Shown here: positions 20,636 through 29,056 of the stretch, piece after piece | How positions within the stretch are numbered: position 1 is the first letter of the stretch | How the letters are laid out: each line of letters begins with the position of its first letter | Translations under genes and position numbers: made by a program | Notes under the pieces: model-generated | Seen by the model: the letters and a program-made list of their open reading frames with translations, nothing else | Database searches by the model: none | Told to the model about the DNA's origin: nothing | Assembly: GCF_007625075.1 (NCBI RefSeq) | Contig: NZ_QMIE01000003.1 | Coordinates: 11,326 to 43,325, forward strand | From: Oceanidesulfovibrio indonesiensis | GTDB taxonomy: Bacteria; Desulfobacterota; Desulfovibrionia; Desulfovibrionales; Desulfovibrionaceae | Length of the DNA: 32,000 nt | Direction: 5' to 3'

Positions 20636-21518
20636 GGGACAGCACCTTGGACTTTATCTGCGGCGAGACGAGCGCGATGACCACGAGAACCGCTGTGATC
20701 AGGTTGAGGTCTGAAGGAGTGACCGAGAACGCGCCGAGTTCCAGCCCCAGGGCCAGGGCGATGGCCAGCCGGTAGACAATGGAGCCGAGCAAGGCCGCGA
20801 TAAGCGGCCGGATGACTCCGCGGTGGCCGAAAACCGTCTCGCCCACGATGACCGAGGCCAGGCCTGCAACGATGGTGCCCACGCCCATGTTCACGTCCGC
20901 TGCGCCCTGGCTCTGGCAGACGAGCGCGCCGGAAAGCGCCACGAGAGAGTTGGACAGCCCCACGCCCAGAATGATGACGATGTGCGTGTTCACTCCCTGG
21001 CTCGTGATCATCTGCCTGTTGTCGCCCGTGGCGAGCATGGATTGGCCCCATTCCGTATGCAGGAACCAGATGAGCAGGCACACGATGACCACGGCGATGG
21101 TCCCGAACAGGGCGAGCGGCGCAAGCGACGGCGCCATGCCCATGGCCTCCAGGGGGTCCAGCACCGTGGGCTTGCCCAGCAGGGTCATGTTCGGCCGGCC
21201 CATGATGCGAATGTTCACCGAGTACAGGGCGATCATGGTGAGGATGGAGGCGAGCAGGTGGAGTATCTTGAACTTGGTGTTCAGGATGCCAGTGACCATC
21301 CCGGCCAGAAAGCCCGCGCCCATGGCGAGAAAAATGGCAAGGTATGGCGGCACGCCGGCAGTGATGGACACCGAAGCGACGGCTGCGCCAAGCGGCAGAC
21401 TGCCGTCCACGGTCAGGTCCGGGAATTCCAGCACCCGGAAAGTGAGGTAGACGCCCAGGACCATGAGCCCGTAGACGAAGCCCTGCTCAAGTGCGCCTAT
21501 GAATGCATAATAGCTCAT
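20622..21518 (-). CDS. ABC transporter permease (COG4120-type)
   Basis: 298 aa, a multi-TM hydrophobic protein located between the cognate SBP and ATPase genes. Confidence 0.88.
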   Translation of the reverse strand: MSYYAFIGALEQGFVYGLMVLGVYLTFRVLEFPDLTVDGSLPLGAAVASVSITAGVPPYLAIFLAMGAGFLAGMVTGILNTKFKILHLLASILTMIALYSVNIRIMGRPNMTLLGKPTVLDPLEAMGMAPSLAPLALFGTIAVVIVCLLIWFLHTEWGQSMLATGDNRQMITSQGVNTHIVIILGVGLSNSLVALSGALVCQSQGAADVNMGVGTIVAGLASVIVGETVFGHRGVIRPLIAALLGSIVYRLAIALALGLELGAFSVTPSDLNLITAVLVVIALVSPQIKSKVLSRANS

Positions 21519-21588
21519 ATAAGAACGTCGGGGCGGGGCCCTTGTCCGAGGACCCCGCCCAGAATGCGTTGTGCGGCCTGCGGCGGCG

Positions 21589-22542
21589 TTATTCGAGGAC
21601 CGTGTCCGCGCGTTCGAGCACGGACTCGGGTATGGTCACACCCATCTTTTCAGCGGCGTCCAGGTTCACCCACAGGGACAGCTCCTGCAGGGTTTCCACA
21701 GGCATCTCACCGGGGTTGGCCTCTTCCTTGAGAATGCGGTAGGCCATTGCGCCTGTCTGGCGGCCCATGTTGTAGTAGTCGAAGCCGAGTGACGCCAGGG
21801 TGCCGCGCTCCACAGAGTCCGTATCTCCGGAGAAGAGCGGAATGGCATTCTCGTGCGCAACCTTCATGGCGGACTCAAGAGCCGTGACCACGGTGTTGTC
21901 CGTGGGGATGTAGATGGCCTGGACCTTGCCCACCAGGCTGCGGGCGGCCTGCAGTACGCCCGAGGAGTTCTGGATGGTGGCTTCCTCAAGCTTCACGCCC
22001 TTTTTCTTGGCTTCCTCGCGCAGATACTTCACGAGGGACACGGAGTTGTCCTCGCCCGCGTTGTAGATCACGCCCACCGCCTTGGCGTCGGGAACGAACT
22101 CGAGCATCAGCTCCATGTGCTGATCCATGGGGGTCATATCGGTCAGACCGGTGACGTTGGCTCCGGGCTCTTCCATGGACTTCACGAGACCGGCGCCGAC
22201 GAAATCGGTGACCGCGGCGGCGAGCACGGGAATGTTCCTGATGCGTTGCGCGCAGGCCTGAGCCGTGGGGGTTGCTATGGCGAGCACCAGGTCCGGCCCT
22301 TCGTCCATGATCTGGTTGGCGATCTGATTGGCAGTGGCGATGTTTCCCTGGGCTATGTGGACGTTGTATTCCACTTCCAGGCCCTGCTCCTTCAGATAGT
22401 CCATGAAACCCTGACGTGTGGCGTCCAGCGCGGGATGCTCCACGATCTGGCTGACGGAGATGGTGTAGTCCTGGGCCAGGGCCGTGGTCGCGCTGAGCAG
22501 TACGAGGACGACGGCGGCGATGAGTACTCGAAGCTGTGCCAT
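21589..22542 (-). CDS. ABC transporter substrate-binding protein (ABC_sub_bind / COG2984 family)
   Basis: 317 aa. Signal peptide ends in ALAQD. The family-typical stretch IVEHPALDATRQGFMDYLKEQG...LAIATPTAQA is present. SD GGAGGA before ATG 22542. Confidence 0.88.
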   Translation of the reverse strand: MAQLRVLIAAVVLVLLSATTALAQDYTISVSQIVEHPALDATRQGFMDYLKEQGLEVEYNVHIAQGNIATANQIANQIMDEGPDLVLAIATPTAQACAQRIRNIPVLAAAVTDFVGAGLVKSMEEPGANVTGLTDMTPMDQHMELMLEFVPDAKAVGVIYNAGEDNSVSLVKYLREEAKKKGVKLEEATIQNSSGVLQAARSLVGKVQAIYIPTDNTVVTALESAMKVAHENAIPLFSGDTDSVERGTLASLGFDYYNMGRQTGAMAYRILKEEANPGEMPVETLQELSLWVNLDAAEKMGVTIPESVLERADTVLE

Positions 22543-22661
22543 GTGGTTCCTCCGGCAATGGTATGCGGGGTTGCACGCAAAAAGCGGCGGCGTTGCAATA
22601 AAAGAAGACTTTAGTTGTCTCAGGTGGGCACGTAAGTCAAGACCTCGCGACCGGGCGGGGA

Positions 22662-23258
22662 TTATGCCGATCCGCCCAGAGCGCCGGCCAGCGCGGCTCC
22701 GAGCTCCGCACAGCGATTCAGGGAATTTTGCTGCGATCTGACCTTGCCCGCCGGGAACAGCCCGAGCACGCTGTGCTCCCCCACTATCTGATACCCGAGT
22801 GACTCCAGGGGCAGCCGGAGAGCCGGCATGGTTACCCCCAGATTCTCCTTCTCGAATTGCTCAGCAACGCAGGCGATCACCGCCTTTCGCCGCTGCCCGG
22901 CCAGCCGACTGGACCATGCCCTTGGCACGCCGTCCTCGAAATCATAATAGCAGTAGAGCCGGTCGATGAACGCCTTCATGAGCGCGCTCATATTATACGT
23001 ATGCACGGGCGAGACGAGCACAAGTCCCCGAGCTTCTTCGAACAACGGGTAGATGAGCTGCATGCCGTCGCTCAGCTGCGTGCAGGCATTGTCCTTGCGG
23101 CAGCGCTCGCACCCCACGCACGATCGAAAATCGTATTCGCGCAGCTTGACCATGCGGGTCTGCATGCCGTGGGACCGCGCTCCTTCGAGCACGGCCTCCA
23201 CCATGGCGTCGCTGTTGCCGTTCCTGCGCGGGGTGCCGCTCACGCCCAGAATATCCAT
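22662..23258 (-). CDS. Iron-sulfur flavoprotein (Isf)-like NADPH-dependent FMN reductase family protein
   Basis: 198 aa. N-terminal GVSGTPRRNGNS flavodoxin-like FMN loop. Compact cysteine motif CVGCERCRKDNAC (CX2CX2CX5C), as in archaeal/anaerobe Isf proteins. Confidence 0.8.
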   Translation of the reverse strand: MDILGVSGTPRRNGNSDAMVEAVLEGARSHGMQTRMVKLREYDFRSCVGCERCRKDNACTQLSDGMQLIYPLFEEARGLVLVSPVHTYNMSALMKAFIDRLYCYYDFEDGVPRAWSSRLAGQRRKAVIACVAEQFEKENLGVTMPALRLPLESLGYQIVGEHSVLGLFPAGKVRSQQNSLNRCAELGAALAGALGGSA

Positions 23259-23323
23259 GTCATGCCTTCCCGAATCATGCTTTGGGTGGTTTCTTATCCA
23301 TCATAGCACGATGCGGCATGCAC

Positions 23324-23376
23324 GAAAACAGCGACCCTCCGGGCGGGGGTCCGATTCTGCGGCAAACAAATGCCGC
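23324..23376 (-). terminator. Putative terminator region of the MCP gene (two hairpins)
   Basis: On the minus strand, TGCGGC/GCCGCA forms a hairpin (23357-23376). A 7-bp GACCCCC/GGAGGGTC-type hairpin (23333-23351) follows, then GCTGTTTTCG. Confidence 0.45.
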
Positions 23377-23381
23377 AATCC

Positions 23382-25358
23382 CTAGAACCTTTCGAAATCG
23401 TCGTCGTTGTCGCTGTCCATATCGAGCGCCACGCCGGTGTTACTTTCGGTCTTTTCTTTTCCGGCACTACCGCCCGGCAGCTGCCGGGGCGGATGCACAC
23501 GAGCCTGTACAGTGGATCCGGCGTATCCCGAGGAGTCCAGCTGAAAGAAGCTGATGGCCTTGAGCAACTGCTCGGCCTGGCTGGAGAGTTCCTCCGATGT
23601 GGACGCCATCTGTTCGGCAGCGGAAGCGTTCTGCTGGATGACCTGGTCCAATTGCTGGACGGCCTTGTTGATCTGGTCGGCGCCGGCGTCCTGCTCCACT
23701 GTGGCCGCCGCTATCTCCTGCACGAGTTCGGCGGTTTTCTGGATGTCCGGCACGAGCTTGGAGAGCATGTCGCCCGCCTTTTCGGCCACTGACACGCTGT
23801 TCTGGGAGAGCTCGCTGATCTCGCCCGCAGCGGCACCGCTCCGTTCCGCCAGCTTGCGCACCTCGGCCGCGACCACGGCAAAGCCCTTGCCGTGTTCGCC
23901 TGCGCGCGCCGCCTCGATGGCTGCGTTCAGTGCGAGAAGGTTGGTCTGTCTGGCGATTTCCTCAATAATCGAGATTTTCTCGGCGATCTGCTGCATGGCG
24001 GACACGGTCTGCGACACGGCCTCGCCACCTTCGTTGGCATCCTGGGCAGCCTTGAGTGCGATGGTCTCGGTCTGCTTGGCATTGTCCGCATTCTGGCGGA
24101 TGTTCGAGCTCATCTGCTCCATGGACGAGGACACTTCCTCCACGCTCGCAGCCTGCTCCGTGGCTCCCTGAGACAGGGACTCGGAGGAGGAGGAAAGCTG
24201 CTCGCTTCCGGAAGCCACGTTCTCGGACGCGGACCGGACATCGCCAACGACTTCCTTGAGCCGGTCCACCATGTTCTTCATGTCCGCGTACACACCTTGG
24301 ATGACGCGCTGTGTGAACCGGATGCTGAGATCGCCCTTGGCGAGTCGCCGGGCAACATCCTGGATGAGCGCGGGATCGCCTCCGAGTTGGCGCATCACCA
24401 CCCGGATTATGAGCCAGGCGATGAGCACGCCGACCACCACGGCCAAAGCGGACATGGCGACGACTACGGTAAGGGCCTGGTTGTTGGAACGCTGCACACG
24501 CGGCCCCAGCTCGTTCTGGTCCTCCATCACGGAGAGCGTGGCGTCCTCCAGGTTTCGCGCTATCTGCGGGCCGAGTTCGTCGAGCCTGGCCTTGATAACA
24601 CTGTTCCGCGCCTCGATGGCGGCGACCATCGAATCGAATGCTCCGGAATACTGGACGATATGTTCCTGAACCCCATCCACGAGCTGGCGCTGCCTGTAGT
24701 TGGCGATCACCCGCTCCAGCTCCACCAACTCCTCCTGCATCGCGGCCATTTCCTGTCTGGCCGACTCGGCCGCGGCCTGGTCGTTGGACTCCAGGTACTT
24801 GAGCACGTGCACACGCGCGAGCAGCAATGTGCGCAAAACGCGGCCTGCACGGTACACAGCCGCGCTGTTACCTTCATCGTGCCCCACGGTCATTATCCCG
24901 GAGAGTTCCCGCTCCATCTCCGGGCCAAGCACTTCGAGTGTCTCGCTCAGGTGCCTGTTTCGTTCAGTCTGATAATCCACCATTTCCTCGAACGCGCGCT
25001 GGTATCGCTCCTTGTTCTCGGCGGCGGACACGACCAGAGGCCGGCGCTCAGGGTCCTCGACCTGCTCGGCAGCCTGGTCGATGAGTTTTTCAGCTTCCGC
25101 AAAATCCGCCTCGAACGCCTGTCTGTCGTTTTCCGATGCGGTGATGATGTAGTCTTTGACCTTCATGCGCGTTTGCAACATGTGCGCCTGGGCGCGCCCC
25201 ATGAGGTTCGTATCCCGAGCCAACGCGCGATATTCTGTAAAACCGTCATTGGCTGTTCCCAGTGCGAAGAACGAGACCACGCCGACGACCAGCAGAAGAA
25301 CGAGTACGACTGCGAAACCGATCGTCAGCTTGCGGGCAAGCGACATGTTGCCAAACAT
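23382..25358 (-). CDS. Methyl-accepting chemotaxis protein with large helical (HBM-like) periplasmic sensor domain
   Basis: 658 aa from ATG 25358 (AGGGGG SD; [23 protein letters not shown]). TM1 is followed by a helical periplasmic region of about 260 aa, TM2 ([24 protein letters not shown]) and a HAMP domain. The highly conserved signalling hairpin [41 protein letters not shown] is present. Confidence 0.93.
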   Translation of the reverse strand: MFGNMSLARKLTIGFAVVLVLLLVVGVVSFFALGTANDGFTEYRALARDTNLMGRAQAHMLQTRMKVKDYIITASENDRQAFEADFAEAEKLIDQAAEQVEDPERRPLVVSAAENKERYQRAFEEMVDYQTERNRHLSETLEVLGPEMERELSGIMTVGHDEGNSAAVYRAGRVLRTLLLARVHVLKYLESNDQAAAESARQEMAAMQEELVELERVIANYRQRQLVDGVQEHIVQYSGAFDSMVAAIEARNSVIKARLDELGPQIARNLEDATLSVMEDQNELGPRVQRSNNQALTVVVAMSALAVVVGVLIAWLIIRVVMRQLGGDPALIQDVARRLAKGDLSIRFTQRVIQGVYADMKNMVDRLKEVVGDVRSASENVASGSEQLSSSSESLSQGATEQAASVEEVSSSMEQMSSNIRQNADNAKQTETIALKAAQDANEGGEAVSQTVSAMQQIAEKISIIEEIARQTNLLALNAAIEAARAGEHGKGFAVVAAEVRKLAERSGAAAGEISELSQNSVSVAEKAGDMLSKLVPDIQKTAELVQEIAAATVEQDAGADQINKAVQQLDQVIQQNASAAEQMASTSEELSSQAEQLLKAISFFQLDSSGYAGSTVQARVHPPRQLPGGSAGKEKTESNTGVALDMDSDNDDDFERF

Positions 25359-25558
25359 AGGTTCAACCCCCTGAACACCTGGATTACCGGATTCGATAAC
25401 ACCACACACTATAGCCAAACACTTGTATGGCATGACATTCTTTCAGCCACGCCATAATTCAATCAACTGATTTATTATACCCTAGCATATTTAAAACGCA
25501 TGCGGTAGCCCTGTACCTTGTTCCGTGGTATGTTTCCGCAAGATGCGAGAATGGTGGC

Positions 25559-26251
25559 ATGACTGCGACATCCCATACAGAAAATCACTTCATGGACACG
25601 AATTCGATCGAGCGGCTTTCCGGCAGCCATCTCGTGCTCGAAGTCGGCCTCGATGTCCTCGTGGAAATCCAGGGAGCCGGAAAACGCTTCAAGGCGTCAC
25701 TGGTAGGCGGCGAGCCGGGCCGGTACATCATCATCAAACCGCCGGCCACGCGCAGCGCCGCGGAGTCGCTCCTGCGCGAGTCGCTGCTCACATTGCGGTT
25801 TCTCATGAGCCGCGGGCGCATCTGCGGTTTCCAAAGCGAGGTCCAGCAGGTCCTGCTCAAACCACACCGACTGATATTCGTCTCTTATCCCGCCTATTTC
25901 GAGATTCTCAGACTCCGGAAGCACGACAGGGTCCACTGCTATCAGCCCGTGACATTCTATGTAGAGGCGCACGAGTATCGGGGGCACATACTGAACATCT
26001 CCACAGGGGGGTGCCTCGTCACAATGGATCCGCTCACCGGCGAACCCCCTCTTGCAGAGGGGGGCGAGGCGTTCCTGAACTTTCGGAAGTTCGATTCCAA
26101 CGAAACGGGGTATGTGCAGGGGCGCATCAGAAATGTCACGCAGAGGGCGGACCAGACCAGCATGGCCATCGAGTTCGATGAGCTTACGGAAGACGTGCGC
26201 GCATCCATAGAAAGCTACGTGGACGCCGTGTACGACCACCTCGCCGCCTGA
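25559..26251 (+). CDS. PilZ-domain c-di-GMP-binding protein with YcgR-like N-terminal domain
   Basis: 230 aa; the alternative start is ATG 25592. PilZ motifs RKHDR (RxxxR) and NISTGG (D/NxSxxG) lie in the C-terminal half. The N-terminal beta-rich domain resembles PilZN/YcgR. Confidence 0.8.
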   Translation: MTATSHTENHFMDTNSIERLSGSHLVLEVGLDVLVEIQGAGKRFKASLVGGEPGRYIIIKPPATRSAAESLLRESLLTLRFLMSRGRICGFQSEVQQVLLKPHRLIFVSYPAYFEILRLRKHDRVHCYQPVTFYVEAHEYRGHILNISTGGCLVTMDPLTGEPPLAEGGEAFLNFRKFDSNETGYVQGRIRNVTQRADQTSMAIEFDELTEDVRASIESYVDAVYDHLAA

Positions 26252-26321
26252 CGGCGTTCAAAATGCATACTTGCCGCGGCGAGCGAAGCCGGAATCAGAC
26301 TGCCGGCTGGAGGGTGTGCGG

Positions 26322-26364
26322 AAAAAGAAAACTCCGGCCGCAGCGAACACGTGTGCAGCCGGAG
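26322..26364 (-). terminator. Rho-independent terminator of ltaE
   Basis: On the minus strand, CTCCGGCTGCA pairs with TGCGGCCGGAG (+ coordinates 26332-26342 / 26354-26364; 11 bp with 1 mismatch). TTTTCTTTTT follows (+ strand A-run 26322-26331). Confidence 0.75.
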
Positions 26365-26390
26365 CCGAATCGTTGGAAGGAGTCGTTGGT

Positions 26391-27416
26391 CTATGTGTCC
26401 ATCGCCCGCTTTAATGCGGCGGCAAAGCGTTCCACGTCGTCCTCGGTGGTGTCGAAGCTGGTCATCCAGCGCACCTCGGGCCGCGTGGGCTCCCACACGT
26501 AGAAGAAGAACTCCTGCTTGAGCGTTTCGATAGCCTGCATGGGCATGGAGGCGAACACGGCGTTGGTCTCCACCGGCCGGGTTATCTCCACCCCGTCCAC
26601 GGCCCCTGCCTTTTCGGCCAGCAGCCTGGCCATGGCGTTGGCGCGCTGGCCGTTTTCGATCCACAGGTCCGTGCCGAACATGGCCTCGAACTGCACGGAA
26701 AGATAACGCATCTTGGAAACGAGCTGCATGGCCTGCTTGCGCACGTACCTGAAGTCCGTATCCAGGCCCGGCCGCATGAAGACTATGGCTTCTCCGTACA
26801 TGAGGCCGTTCTTGCCGCCGCCCAGGGAGAGCACGTCCACTCCCACATCGCGCGTCATGGCGGCCAGGCTCACGTCCAGCGCGGCGGCCGCATTGGCAAT
26901 GCGCGCGCCGTCCATGTGCAGACGCAGATTCTCCTGTTTACAGAATTCGCCGATGGCCTTGAGCTCGTCCAGAGAATACAGCGCGCCCAGTTCCGTTGGC
27001 TGGGTCACACTCACCGCCGCAGGCTGGCTGTGGTGCTCGAAACCGCGGCTCTCCAGCAGTGGGGCGATGGCTTCGGGAGTGATCTTGCCGTCCGTGTGGG
27101 GCACGCCCACCAGCTTGGACCCCAGAAACCGCTCCGGTGCGCCGCATTCGTCGTTGTTGATGTGCGCGGTTTCGGCGCAGATAACGCTCTGATACGGTCG
27201 GACCAGCGCAGCAAGACCCAGCACGTTGGCCGCCGTGCCCAGAAACACGAAATGCGCTTCGGACTGGGGACCGAAGTGGCCCTTGAGCACCTCGACGGCG
27301 CGTTCGGTATGCACATCGGCGCCATATCCCACGGCGTGGCCTTCGTTGGCTTGCTGCAAAGCCTCCATCACCTGTGGATGGACGCCGGCATTGTTGTCGC
27401 TGGCAAAGGATCGCAT
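26391..27416 (-). CDS. ltaE: Low-specificity L-threonine aldolase (PLP-dependent, beta-eliminating lyase family)
   Basis: 341 aa from ATG 27416 (MRSFASDNNAGVHPQVMEAL; SD GAGGAA). Family-typical SDN..G, THINNDECGA and the LSLGGGKNG PLP-lysine context. Confidence 0.88.
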   Translation of the reverse strand: MRSFASDNNAGVHPQVMEALQQANEGHAVGYGADVHTERAVEVLKGHFGPQSEAHFVFLGTAANVLGLAALVRPYQSVICAETAHINNDECGAPERFLGSKLVGVPHTDGKITPEAIAPLLESRGFEHHSQPAAVSVTQPTELGALYSLDELKAIGEFCKQENLRLHMDGARIANAAAALDVSLAAMTRDVGVDVLSLGGGKNGLMYGEAIVFMRPGLDTDFRYVRKQAMQLVSKMRYLSVQFEAMFGTDLWIENGQRANAMARLLAEKAGAVDGVEITRPVETNAVFASMPMQAIETLKQEFFFYVWEPTRPEVRWMTSFDTTEDDVERFAAALKRAMDT

Positions 27417-27653
27417 GGTGCTGTTCCTCGAAATGGTTGTGGTGCAAACTTGAGCGGGGACGATGCTCCGAGAGAATTTCTTCGTCAAGCATCGGGCGGC
27501 CAGATCCTGCCGAAACATCCCCGTTCAGGAAAATCTTCTTGCGTTTCCAGTCCCTTCGGTATAGTTTGGATCTCGATTTATTGACCCGGGAGGATCGATA
27601 TTTCCTCTGTGGCCTCCCTCCTTGCCGCCCTTTAACCTCCGGCGAGGTTCGCT

Positions 27654-28898
27654 ATGCCCTGCCTTTCGTCAGCGTCTCGGTATTTGTGCGCCGGCTTGCT
27701 TTCTTTGTGCATTCTTGTCGTTGCCGCGCCATGTTGGTCGGCCCCGCAGCAGAGTTCCGAAAAAGAGCTGCACATGTGGCACGACAGCGAAGGCACTGTC
27801 CACATCAGGGACAAGGAGCCGGGCAAATTCACAAAAAAGCAGTTCCGCGAAGACCTTGAGCAGCCCAATCCGGACCCCGCCGCCGGGCGCATAGCCGAAC
27901 CTGAAGCACCCACAACGCCCGGAGAAGTCGAGACCGACGGCAGCCGACCTGCAGAAGCAACCGAATCCGAGGCCCAGCAATCCGCACCTGAAGCGGCCTC
28001 GACAGGCGAGCCGGAGTCCCTTTCCGCACCAGTTCCGACAGCTGATACGCCGCAGACAGTCACCACACCCGGAGAGCAGGCGCAACCTGACGCCGACCGG
28101 AATGTTGTGCAGCCCATGCCGCAGCGGCAGCCCCAGGCTCAGGAAATTCCGGAGTTTCCGCAGAACATGGGGGAAATGTCGCCAGAGATGCAGCAGCAAA
28201 TGCAGCGGCAAATGGAAGAAGCCATGCGCCAGATGCAGCAGGAGATGGGTCCTGGCATGGCTGTCGGCCTGCTCGGCGCGGCGCTCATTCCGGCGCTGCT
28301 CATCGGCCTCGTCATCTACCTCATCTCGGCCTATGTCCTGTACCGCATCGGCAGGAAGTTCGGCGTGGGCACATATCTCCAGTGGCTCATCCCGCTGTAC
28401 AACCTCATCCTGCTCACGCGCTGCGCCGGTCTTTCTCCCTGGTGGGCCGCGCCAAGCATCGCGCAATTCGGCCTCTTGCTGCTGGTCATTCCGTTGATGT
28501 TCGCGGACCCCATGTTCGCCATGTCGCTCATGTCGCTGGGCCAGATCCTGAACTTCATCGGCTACATCATCCTCGCGGTCATCCTCGGCAACATCGCCAA
28601 GCGTCTCGGAAAGAACCTCGTGCTCTGGGTCATCCTCGCCCTCATTCCCCTCGTCAACCTGGTCGCCATCCTCATCCTGGCGTTCGATTCCTCTCGCCCC
28701 GCCCTCGAAGGGGGCGAATCCTGGACGAGCGACGAGTACGCGCCGCCTGCGCGCCGCTCCGGCAGGGGAGGCAGGAGCGCCGCCAAGAACGATGAGCCGC
28801 CCATGCTTTCCGCGCCTCCGGCGCCGCCCAAACGCAGGAATCCCCTCGACGATGAGGAAGATTTACCTCGACGCGGCGCGCCGCCGCTGAAGCCATAA
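27654..28898 (+). CDS. Secreted/membrane composite protein: signal peptide + DUF4124-like motif + acidic Pro-rich linker + Met/Gln-rich helix + DUF5684-like multi-TM domain + Arg/Pro-rich tail
   Basis: 414 aa. Signal-like N-terminus (LLSLCILVVAAPCWSAP). LHMWHDSEGTVHIRDKEPG resembles DUF4124. The TM region YRIGRKFGVGTYLQWLIPLYNLILLTRCAGLSPWW ... NIAKRLGKNLVLWVILALIPLVNLVAILILAF matches the DUF5684-type pattern (K.G...W..IP.YN...L....G.P.WW). Confidence 0.7.
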   Translation: MPCLSSASRYLCAGLLSLCILVVAAPCWSAPQQSSEKELHMWHDSEGTVHIRDKEPGKFTKKQFREDLEQPNPDPAAGRIAEPEAPTTPGEVETDGSRPAEATESEAQQSAPEAASTGEPESLSAPVPTADTPQTVTTPGEQAQPDADRNVVQPMPQRQPQAQEIPEFPQNMGEMSPEMQQQMQRQMEEAMRQMQQEMGPGMAVGLLGAALIPALLIGLVIYLISAYVLYRIGRKFGVGTYLQWLIPLYNLILLTRCAGLSPWWAAPSIAQFGLLLLVIPLMFADPMFAMSLMSLGQILNFIGYIILAVILGNIAKRLGKNLVLWVILALIPLVNLVAILILAFDSSRPALEGGESWTSDEYAPPARRSGRGGRSAAKNDEPPMLSAPPAPPKRRNPLDDEEDLPRRGAPPLKP

Positions 28899-28914
28899 GC
28901 GCCTTGCAGTCCGA

Positions 28915-28954
28915 ACGCCCCGGCGAGTCCGCCCCGCCGGGGCGTCCTTCTTTT
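28915..28954 (+). terminator. Rho-independent terminator
   Basis: Perfect 11-bp stem ACGCCCCGGCG (28915-28925) / CGCCGGGGCGT (28935-28945) with a 9-nt loop, followed by CCTTCTTTT. Confidence 0.8.
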
Positions 28955-28983
28955 ATGCCCGCAACCTGTGCCGTTCCTTCCCC

Positions 28984-29012
28984 TTGACACAGCTGCTCCG
29001 AGTCTTACCTAC
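28984..29012 (+). promoter_or_regulatory. Possible promoter for the fmdB-like/htpG unit
   Basis: Perfect -35 TTGACA (28984-28989), but only a weak -10 candidate (TACCTA/ACCTAC, 16-17 nt downstream). No clear sigma-32 -10 (CCCCAT) was seen. Confidence 0.3.
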
Positions 29013-29056
29013 GGGCGTTGTCGCACCAGTCTCCCAAACAACACGGAGAACAGACC

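Noticed and set aside
23892-25457. 521-aa + strand ORF opposite the MCP gene. Similar long antisense ORFs occur at 4090-5502, 6145-7380, 12875-14068 and 30190-31401.
   Set aside because: All are antisense to genes with unmistakable conserved motifs (MCP signalling hairpin, GatA, MnmA, RecJ, HtpG). All show the biased composition of shadow ORFs.
25359-25470. CGATAA-containing sequence (TTCGATAA) considered as a sigma-28 -10 box near the MCP gene.
   Set aside because: It lies on the strand opposite to the MCP gene. No TAAA -35 element sits at the required spacing of about 15 nt.
27455-27472. A third GGGG-ACGA motif (GAGCGGGGACGATGCTCCG) in the ltaE upstream region, considered as another guanidine-II-type hairpin.
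   Set aside because: The flanks do not form a stem closing the ACGA. There is no tandem partner hairpin, and the context (threonine aldolase leader, opposite strand) does not fit.
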